From an uncultured virus (IMG/VR IMGVR_UViG_3300019373_000295) (lineage: Duplodnaviria; Heunggongvirae; Uroviricota; Caudoviricetes): a stretch of 64,000 nucleotides of DNA. Within the stretch, counting starts at the first letter, position 1; each line of letters begins with the position of its first letter. Both the position numbers and the translations under genes were made by a program. Below, piece by piece: positions 37,039-43,858 of this stretch. The stretch lies in the IMG/VR virus record IMGVR_UViG_3300019373_000295. The stretch is one strand, 5' to 3'. The notes beneath the pieces were generated by a model, which saw nothing but the letters and a program-made list of their open reading frames with translations, was not told the origin of the DNA and did not search any database.

Positions 37039-37983
37039 TTAAGGTCTGCCGAATCGGAAGGCTGCGTTGCCCGTCAGGTTTTCGGTAAGGGTCTCTCTGG
37101 CTGTTGCGAACTCGTCGCCAATGAAGCCCATTCTCATCAGCCAGGTTCTCATTGCGAAAACCTTGTTTTCTTTCTGCTGTTCCTTGGGGCTTGCACTTCT
37201 GAGGTCCTTTGCCATCTGGCTCATTGCGAGGCAAAGCTGAATGTAGCTCTTGAGCTTGCCTGCGTGGAGGCCGTTCTGCTTGCCGTTCGCGGGCGGTGCA
37301 AATTGGAAAAGTCTGAACTCGACCGTGCCCTTTGTAAAGGTGGCGTGCAGGTTGAGCATGTGGTAGCGGCTGTCGTTGTAGTGGTGGGTTCTGCCGTAGG
37401 TGCATCCCTGTGCGCCGTACCAGATGTCTGCAAGCTGTGCCATCGTGCGGGGCTTTTTGCGGTTGAGCTGGTCGAGGAATCTCGGGTCGACCGTTCTGCA
37501 GTAGCGGTTCATTCTGCTGTGGTCTACCTTGATTGCTTCGGCAATCAGGGTTTCGTGGCTCGCCATGATGTTTGCGAGGTTTCTGAGGCTTTGCGGTGTG
37601 TGCCCCTGCGCTCCGATGTGAATGTGAACTCCGCATCCTCTTGTGTAGTCGCTCTTTGCGCCTGCCTTGCGAAGGCGTCTGATCAGCTCCTGCAGGGTTT
37701 CGATGTCTGCGTAGTGCAGGATCGGTGTGACCAGTTCGCACTTTTCGCTGTCCGGACCGCTGATGCTGCAGTCGCGCTGGAACTTCCACTCTCTGCCCTG
37801 TGCGTCCCAGGCGCTGTAGGTTTCGTAGCCGTTGCGGCTGCCTGTGTACTCGCTGCGGTTTGTGCCGAAGAACTCGGCGGCAAGCTTTGCGGCAGCCTTG
37901 CGGGTGATGTTGTTCATCTCAACCTCGACCCCAATGGTCTGCTCCTTCATTCTGTTGATCTGCTGTGCGGTTTTCTCAGTCAT
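37039..37983 (-). CDS. Amidoligase family protein (COOH-NH2 ligase, glutamine-synthetase-like fold)
   Basis: IGVEVEM, D.SI, CELVTP, CGVHIHIG, RY..LN, TVEFR motifs. Confidence 0.9.
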   Translation of the reverse strand: MTEKTAQQINRMKEQTIGVEVEMNNITRKAAAKLAAEFFGTNRSEYTGSRNGYETYSAWDAQGREWKFQRDCSISGPDSEKCELVTPILHYADIETLQELIRRLRKAGAKSDYTRGCGVHIHIGAQGHTPQSLRNLANIMASHETLIAEAIKVDHSRMNRYCRTVDPRFLDQLNRKKPRTMAQLADIWYGAQGCTYGRTHHYNDSRYHMLNLHATFTKGTVEFRLFQFAPPANGKQNGLHAGKLKSYIQLCLAMSQMAKDLRSASPKEQQKENKVFAMRTWLMRMGFIGDEFATARETLTENLTGNAAFRFGRP

Positions 37984-38037
37984 TTTTGTATCCTCCGTTT
38001 CGGTTTTCGGAAGGCTGTGTGCCTTTCGTTGTGTCAC

Positions 38038-38066
38038 ATATTACCGTCTTTGGGAGGAAATAGCAA
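38038..38066 (-). promoter_or_regulatory. Array promoter P10
   Basis: TTGCTA-17bp-TAATAT. Confidence 0.8.
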
Positions 38067-38258
38067 GCCGCTAAATGTACAGATCATTCGAGTGTATTTT
38101 TCCCGAATCTCTGGTGATTTTACATACTTAAAAGACTTGCATTTTTATGGTATACTTGGGTACGATGGAATAGGATCTCTCATTTTCGGGACCCCCGAGG
38201 TGGTATATAATCAGCGGTCGGAAGGCAGGGACACAGCCCTGCCAATCAGCCGCTTTTC

Positions 38259-38729
38259 TTATCGGTACAGATGCCTTGTGCTTCGCTCGTAGGCTTCGTA
38301 GAGAAATTCGGGATCGAAGCCGAATGAACGGTAGCCGAGCACGCAAGTCCAGAAATATCTTGGTGTCGGTTCGCCGAGTCTGCGTTTCTCCTGCATGATG
38401 TACACAAAGCTGTTCGTCTGCACCGTTCTTCCGCTTTTTGTTCTGCGCACCGGGAGGCTGATCTCTTTCTTATAGTAGCAAACCGGGCAGCCCTCGTAGC
38501 GGTCGAGCATTCGCTCGTGCTCCGCAGTGACCTCCCAGACTGCGACCGGAACAACACCGTCTGCCTTCGGCTCGATGGTCAGGTAAAATCCGGTCTTGCT
38601 GCCTTTGAACAGCAGCTCGTAGCCTTCCAGCAGTGCAGTCCCGACCACTTTTGCGCCTGGGCATCGCATCTGCATCTGCTTGCGGTTCAGATTGCTTCCG
38701 TATGCGAGGTAGTATCTCTTTTTGCTCAT
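38259..38729 (-). CDS. Gamma-glutamylcyclotransferase family protein
   Basis: YLAYGSNL..RCP..LDRYEG. Confidence 0.9.
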   Translation of the reverse strand: MSKKRYYLAYGSNLNRKQMQMRCPGAKVVGTALLEGYELLFKGSKTGFYLTIEPKADGVVPVAVWEVTAEHERMLDRYEGCPVCYYKKEISLPVRRTKSGRTVQTNSFVYIMQEKRRLGEPTPRYFWTCVLGYRSFGFDPEFLYEAYERSTRHLYR

Positions 38730-38780
38730 GTTATCGTCCTCCGTTCGGGTATTTGGCGGCATCCGCCTCCGTTGTGTCAC

Positions 38781-38809
38781 ATATTACCATACCCTTCGGA
38801 GCTTATCAA
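38781..38809 (-). promoter_or_regulatory. Array promoter P11
   Basis: TTGATA-17bp-TAATAT, extended TG. Confidence 0.8.
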
Positions 38810-38879
38810 GCGGGTGAATGTACAGATCATAATGCCTGTTTTTCGCTGATTGTTGTACAAATTATGCCTTGCCGTAAAT

Positions 38880-38980
38880 CGCGCAAAAACGCGCCGTGTG
38901 GGGCAGAAACCGAAACGGAGTAACTGTCGGAGGAAACCCTGCAAAGCCCCACACGGACGAACTTGGGCGGTCTGTGCGCG
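38880..38980. repeat. Palindromic intergenic element, copy f
   Basis: CGCGCA..ACGCGCCGTGTGGGGC..GCCCCACACGG..GAACTTGG..TGTGCGCG. Confidence 0.8.
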
Positions 38981-38981
38981 T

Positions 38982-39398
38982 TCAGCGGACCGTCAGGGAT
39001 TCCTTCCGTGCCTGTTCCAGAACTGCGGTGTCCAGCCCGTTCATTTCGTAGCCCTTGCGGATCACATCGTAATAAAAGGGGCTGGGCGGTGCGATGCCTT
39101 TGCTGTTCATGATGTAGACCATCGCATCGACTGTCTTGCCGTTCAGCTCGACCTGCACGGTCTCTCTGCGGTACAGCTGCGGGTAGCCTTCGTATCGGTC
39201 AAGCGGGATCTCATCGGCGGGCTTAATATCCCAGAGCAGAACGGGAACGCTGCTATCGGGATCGGGCTCAATGGTCGCCACGCCGTTGAACACCAGACGG
39301 TAGCCGTGAAGCGTACTCGTTCCGAGTACTTCCGCTGTGCGGCAGCGGAACTGCATCTGCCCGATATGAAGATTCGAGCCGTATGCTAAGTAGATCAT
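38982..39398 (-). CDS. Gamma-glutamylcyclotransferase family protein
   Basis: YLAYGSNL..LDRYEGYP..MVYIM. Confidence 0.9.
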   Translation of the reverse strand: MIYLAYGSNLHIGQMQFRCRTAEVLGTSTLHGYRLVFNGVATIEPDPDSSVPVLLWDIKPADEIPLDRYEGYPQLYRRETVQVELNGKTVDAMVYIMNSKGIAPPSPFYYDVIRKGYEMNGLDTAVLEQARKESLTVR

Positions 39399-39634
39399 GT
39401 TTTTTCTGCCTCCTTTATAATGGTGAAACTGTCTGCGCCTTCGATCAGTGAAAGCGTCCTGCCATTCTCCCAGACCATGTGGATGTTGCCGGCATCATCA
39501 ACGTGCTGAACCTCGCCGACTGTTCCGTCCGGAATCGGTGCATACGGGTCATCCATATGATTCAGGCGGATCTTTGTGCCTGCCGGGTAACGCTCACGCA
39601 GCGCCTGAAGCTGTCTTTCATTCGGAAACTTCAT
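39395..39634 (-). CDS. DUF4314-like protein
   Basis: LRERYPAGT.I.L..MDDP..GTVG.V..VDDAG.IH..W.NG..L.L. Confidence 0.85.
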   Translation of the reverse strand: MKFPNERQLQALRERYPAGTKIRLNHMDDPYAPIPDGTVGEVQHVDDAGNIHMVWENGRTLSLIEGADSFTIIKEAEKT

Positions 39635-40523
39635 CGTTTTCTTCCTCCTCGTTATTCTGAGCATCACGCTTTGCCTTCTGCTTTGCTTCCCAGCGCTCAC
39701 GCTCCGCATCGTTGCGGAATGCAGTATGGCCGGAAAGGTTCTCCAGCAGGCGCTTGCGGTCTGCCTTGCAGTCCTTTCCGTTCAGCCCGAGGCGGATCAG
39801 CCAGACGCGGAGTGAGTATTTCTCGTTGCTGTCATCGACATCCTTTGCCTGCACACGCTGCTGCGTCAGTGCCATATTGTTCATTGCTCCGGCAAGCTTC
39901 ATGAAGGTCTGCACATGGTCAGCATCTGCCGCCTGACCGAATCCGTCAAAGGTGAGTTTGTCGCTGTCAAAGGAGATGCCGGTCAGCGGCGGATTCGTTT
40001 CATCCCACTCTCTGATAAAGGCGATCAGTTCGTGGGCGCTGCGGAATTCGTGCTTGCCGATCTCATCAGCAAGGCTCTTGTCTGCGGAGAAGTTTCCGCC
40101 GGTTGCCTTGCTGATCAGCGGACCGCGGGAATGAATCATGCAGATGAGGTTTGTAAGGCTCTGCACCGTGTGGTCGGAAAGCGGAAAGCTGATGCTTGCA
40201 TCCAGCGGAAATCCGCTATTCGGTTCCGGCTCTGCATTGGTTTCCTCCGGCTCATCTGCTTCTGCTGCATCCGTTCCATCCGGCGGTGTGACTGTTTCGC
40301 TGGTGTAGCCCGCTTCTGCAAGTCCGTCCAGCACCTTCTCCACGATCTCGGTGTCGCTGCGGTCGCTGAAGCTGAGAACTGCATCCTTGCTCAGTGTGAA
40401 GATGTCAATCTCGTAAGCGCAGCTCGGAACGCCGAGGTATACTGCCTCTGCTCCGGTCAGCTCTGCGATTTTCTGTGCCAGTGCCTTACGCTGGCTCTTT
40501 TCGATATTGTACTTGATTTCCAT
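39618..40523 (-). CDS. Degenerate amidoligase paralogue (often called virulence-related protein)
   Basis: C-terminus NEKYSLRVWLIRLGL.G..RKRLLENLSGHTAFR matches amidoligase C-terminus; catalytic motifs absent. Confidence 0.75.
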   Translation of the reverse strand: MEIKYNIEKSQRKALAQKIAELTGAEAVYLGVPSCAYEIDIFTLSKDAVLSFSDRSDTEIVEKVLDGLAEAGYTSETVTPPDGTDAAEADEPEETNAEPEPNSGFPLDASISFPLSDHTVQSLTNLICMIHSRGPLISKATGGNFSADKSLADEIGKHEFRSAHELIAFIREWDETNPPLTGISFDSDKLTFDGFGQAADADHVQTFMKLAGAMNNMALTQQRVQAKDVDDSNEKYSLRVWLIRLGLNGKDCKADRKRLLENLSGHTAFRNDAERERWEAKQKAKRDAQNNEEEENDEVSE

Positions 40524-40593
40524 ATTAAAACCTCCGTTTTCATCACCGCCCCTTGCGCCCTGTGCGCTTGTGCTGCGGCGTTTTCGTAGTCAC

Positions 40594-40622
40594 ATATTAC
40601 CGTCTTTTTCCCCGGAATGCAA
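40594..40622 (-). promoter_or_regulatory. Array promoter P12
   Basis: TTGCAT-17bp-TAATAT. Confidence 0.8.
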
Positions 40623-40699
40623 GACTGTAAAACGGAGAATGTACAGGGAAGATATCCGCTTGTATTTGTGCATATCACGGATACCTTCCGAAGAACTGC

Positions 40700-42883
40700 T
40701 TACTTAGTATCAGTCTGTTCACAATTTGCTGCATGGGGCTTAGAATTCTGCGCCGCCCATGCGATGCCGGAAAGCACGAAATAAGTGCAAGGCAGAGCCA
40801 CGCCGTTGCCCCACAGCTTGTACTCTGCGGAATCGGTGTACGGGTCAGCCAGCCATTTTCGGATCTGCTTTTCCGTTTTCGGTTTTCCCTTGGGATTGGT
40901 GACCTGCCGCCATGTTTCCCAGACCTCAGACCAGAATGCAATATCCGCATCGGTCGGTTCGAGAATCGCAAGGTCGGCGCACCACCAGTCCGGGAATCCC
41001 TGCAAGCGGGCGCACTCCACCGGAGTCAGGCGGCGGACGATATACACCGGCTCGTCATTCGGAAGGTCGTTCACAAGCGGAGGATCCTTCCAGTCGGATG
41101 CGACCAGCGTATTAGCCTGTTCATGCGCCGCAACCGTATGGTGTGAATTCTTGCTTGTGCAATAATGGTCTGCCGGTGCTGCAACCGTTGCAGGTCCTCT
41201 CGCAACTGCCGTGACGGATACATCTTCCGAAACGGCGAAATGATTGTCGCGGGATATTGTGAAGGACGGTTCCGGCGCAGCGACTGCGTGTCGGTCTGTC
41301 GTATTCAGCGTAAAACACACATCCTCGTTGATGCCGTCACCCTGCGGACCGTTTTCATCAGCGCGTCCGATCATCGAGCCTTGCAGCGAATATGTCTCCG
41401 GAGCCACAACGGCAATGCCACCGTGATTGCTGTCCGGGTTTGCCTCGCTTGTATCAAGGCATCGGGAGATCTCCGTCGTATAACAATGCCCACGAGCATT
41501 TTTCGTGCCGTCCGATGTAAAACGCACATCAAAAGTCTCCGGCGCAGGTGCTACCACGCAGATGCCGCCCTGATTGGATGTCACAGAATTGCCGCCGCTC
41601 TGATCGAGCGTCCTGCTTGTGGTCGCTTCATAGAATCCGCTGTGCGGATTATCCGACATCATCGCATTGGAATGCTTGCTGCATACACCGAAAGCTTTGA
41701 CTTCCGGCTGAAAAAGCGTCTGATCGTTGTGTGTTCCGAGTGTCGCGGACATATCCCTCTGCCAGAGTGCGCCCTTTCCGCCCCCCTCGCAGCCTGACCT
41801 GATTTTCAGCGTAACGGGTTCTGCCACAAGCGGTACATTGTTGCCGCCCGTGCCGGCTCTGCTGCAAAGCGTCTGACAGGTGTCATCTTCACGGATCTTC
41901 ACCCGACCGTCTGTCGGATGATTCTCCACGGAGAGTGCTGCCGGAACGACACCGGCTCTCAGTGTGGGAGATACCTCTTCCTCATAGCCGATGCTCCTGG
42001 CTTTTGCACTGTGTTCCGTGGAAAAGCCTGCTGCAAGAACGGCGGGATGATTGCCGTGATCCTGTGCGACCAGTGCGAGCGCCTTGTCCTCTGTGATACC
42101 GACACCGGAAGTACCCTGACAGTTTACGCAGAGGGTTCCACCTCCAGTGTCAGACCGCCCGCCTGTCTCTCCAGCGCCTTCTTCAGCACCTCCGGCAGCT
42201 CCTTGCCACGCACGGAAGCCCTGCGGAGTATACCCAGACACGCCTTCGGACTTAAATAATACTTCTCCGGCACTTCCGCCAGCAAGATCTGCGACAAGGT
42301 AGATTCTTGCCCTTCGCTGGGGCACACCCCAGTATTGAGCGTCGAAAACTCGGTAAGCCACGCTCCATCCGTCTCCCAGATATACGTCTGATTTTGGCCA
42401 TCGGTGATTTTCAGGCGAAGGCACCTCGATCCCTTCTTCTTTAATTCCGATAACTGCTTCGAGGACAGCTTTGAAATCGTCTCCTCCGTGGGAGGAGAAG
42501 GCGCCGGGAACATTCTCCCAGACGCAGTATCGCGGATATCGTCCATTTGTTGCATCCCTCATTTCTTTGATGATACGGATCGCCTGAAAGAACAGGTTTG
42601 ACCGGTCACCGTCATGGATTCCGGCACGTTTGCCGGCGATCGACAGATCCTGACACGGACTGCCGAAGGTAATGATATCCACCGGCGGCAGCTCTGCGCC
42701 GCTGAGTCTGGATACATCACCGTAATGCTTCACGCCCGGAAGCCGCTTGTGGGTAACAAGCACCGGGAACGGTTCAATTTCACTGCTCCACTTCGGCTCG
42801 ATCCCTGCGAGGATGCCGCCAAGCGGAAAGCCCCCGGAGCCGTCAAACAGACTGCCGAGGGTCATTTTTGTATTATCCATCAT
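40700..42883 (-). CDS. DNA (cytosine-5) methyltransferase with very long variable region
   Basis: SLFDGSGG, GSPCQDLS, ENVPG, PQRRARIY, RRLTPVECARLQGFPD, YKLWGNGV. Confidence 0.93.
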   Translation of the reverse strand: MMDNTKMTLGSLFDGSGGFPLGGILAGIEPKWSSEIEPFPVLVTHKRLPGVKHYGDVSRLSGAELPPVDIITFGSPCQDLSIAGKRAGIHDGDRSNLFFQAIRIIKEMRDATNGRYPRYCVWENVPGAFSSHGGDDFKAVLEAVIGIKEEGIEVPSPENHRWPKSDVYLGDGWSVAYRVFDAQYWGVPQRRARIYLVADLAGGSAGEVLFKSEGVSGYTPQGFRAWQGAAGGAEEGAGETGGRSDTGGGTLCVNCQGTSGVGITEDKALALVAQDHGNHPAVLAAGFSTEHSAKARSIGYEEEVSPTLRAGVVPAALSVENHPTDGRVKIREDDTCQTLCSRAGTGGNNVPLVAEPVTLKIRSGCEGGGKGALWQRDMSATLGTHNDQTLFQPEVKAFGVCSKHSNAMMSDNPHSGFYEATTSRTLDQSGGNSVTSNQGGICVVAPAPETFDVRFTSDGTKNARGHCYTTEISRCLDTSEANPDSNHGGIAVVAPETYSLQGSMIGRADENGPQGDGINEDVCFTLNTTDRHAVAAPEPSFTISRDNHFAVSEDVSVTAVARGPATVAAPADHYCTSKNSHHTVAAHEQANTLVASDWKDPPLVNDLPNDEPVYIVRRLTPVECARLQGFPDWWCADLAILEPTDADIAFWSEVWETWRQVTNPKGKPKTEKQIRKWLADPYTDSAEYKLWGNGVALPCTYFVLSGIAWAAQNSKPHAANCEQTDTK
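42124..42555 (-). CDS. Out-of-frame ORF nested in the C5 methyltransferase (candidate beta-type subunit)
   Basis: 143 codons open in a second frame; protein-like TLSQILL.EVPEKYYLSPKACLGILRRA..RGKELPEVL. Confidence 0.6.
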   Translation of the reverse strand: MQQMDDIRDTASGRMFPAPSPPTEETISKLSSKQLSELKKKGSRCLRLKITDGQNQTYIWETDGAWLTEFSTLNTGVCPSEGQESTLSQILLAEVPEKYYLSPKACLGILRRASVRGKELPEVLKKALERQAGGLTLEVEPSA

Positions 42884-43088
42884 CCGCCTCCTTTGCGTTC
42901 CTGCACAGGGCAAGAAAATCTTCTCGTATTTGTTCCTTGTAGGCTTCAGCAACCGCAGGGATCTCGTGTGAATACACCGGTCTGCCGATGAAACCGGAGA
43001 GATAATTGTACAGATATTTCAAGTCGCTGCCCTTCAGCATTGCGAACCCTGTGTATGCTGTCACGATGGCGCATTCATGTTTTGTCAT
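42873..43088 (-). CDS. Small phage protein
   Basis: Overlaps neighbouring genes; ECAIVTAYTG..GRPVYSHE. Confidence 0.75.
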   Translation of the reverse strand: MTKHECAIVTAYTGFAMLKGSDLKYLYNYLSGFIGRPVYSHEIPAVAEAYKEQIREDFLALCRNAKEADDG

Positions 43089-43858
43089 CCCGCACCTCCG
43101 AGCATATGCTCACAGGCTTTGGCATAGAAATCCCTGCTGACCTCAAAGCCGTAGCTGTGTCTGCCAAGCTCCCGTGCCGCACGCAGTGTTGAGCCGGAAC
43201 CGGCGCAAGGGTCGATGACCACATCGCCCTCATCTGTAAATATCCCGATCAGGCGTTTCAGCAGATTCACCGGCTTCTGGCTCGGATGTATCTTCGGGAT
43301 ATCCTTGCCGTCACGAACCCAGTCAAAATGGTCAAAGATCATGTGCCGCTTGCCGTCTGCATCGATGTTGCGGAACTTCGGCAGCTTGCCGCGATACAGC
43401 ACCAGTGCGTATTCCGTTGCCCCCACGATCCTCATGTTTGCCTTCAGCACCTGCGGACTGTAATTCTTCATAAAGCACAAAAACTGGTAGTGCTTGAAGC
43501 CGTATTTCTCCGCCTGCCGGATGACCTCGGGTATCTGCTGAAAGGCACAGAACACGATCATGCAGGGAGCGTCCTTTTCACCTTTGGACGGCTCCTTTTT
43601 GAGCAGTCGGTTGCAGAATGCGAAATACTCAGCGATGTTGAACGAGTAGTCGGTGTGGAATGCCGCCTTGTGCGCTTTGCTGCTTTCGCCGTTCTGATTG
43701 TCACCGTCCACATACCAGTCGGGGCGGCTGGCGTAAAAGTCGCCGCCAATGTTATACGGAATATCTGCAATGACCAACTGCGCCCTCGGAATGCTGTAGC
43801 CCTTGTAATTCTGAAAGTTATCGTGTATGAGAACGCATTTTACATCACTCAACAGCAT
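43085..43858 (-). CDS. DNA adenine/N4-cytosine methyltransferase (beta class)
   Basis: DIPY, HPSQKP, VIDPCAGSGSTL. Confidence 0.9.
   Translation of the reverse strand: MLLSDVKCVLIHDNFQNYKGYSIPRAQLVIADIPYNIGGDFYASRPDWYVDGDNQNGESSKAHKAAFHTDYSFNIAEYFAFCNRLLKKEPSKGEKDAPCMIVFCAFQQIPEVIRQAEKYGFKHYQFLCFMKNYSPQVLKANMRIVGATEYALVLYRGKLPKFRNIDADGKRHMIFDHFDWVRDGKDIPKIHPSQKPVNLLKRLIGIFTDEGDVVIDPCAGSGSTLRAARELGRHSYGFEVSRDFYAKACEHMLGGAG

Noticed and set aside
36832..38292. 486-aa plus-strand ORF
   Set aside because: Antisense shadow of the amidoligase gene and flanking repeats; no recognisable motifs or RBS.
33762..38780. Repeated N-terminal MTQRK/MTQRR extensions on several array ORFs, suggesting a shared leader peptide
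   Set aside because: They come from the GTG in the conserved promoter start region; true starts follow the downstream GGAGG RBS. Leaderless translation is not formally excluded.
30240..40690. CRISPR array or classical integron interpretation of the repeats
   Set aside because: Repeats are degenerate, separated by whole genes, lack constant spacer length, and no cas genes or tyrosine integron integrase are present in the window.
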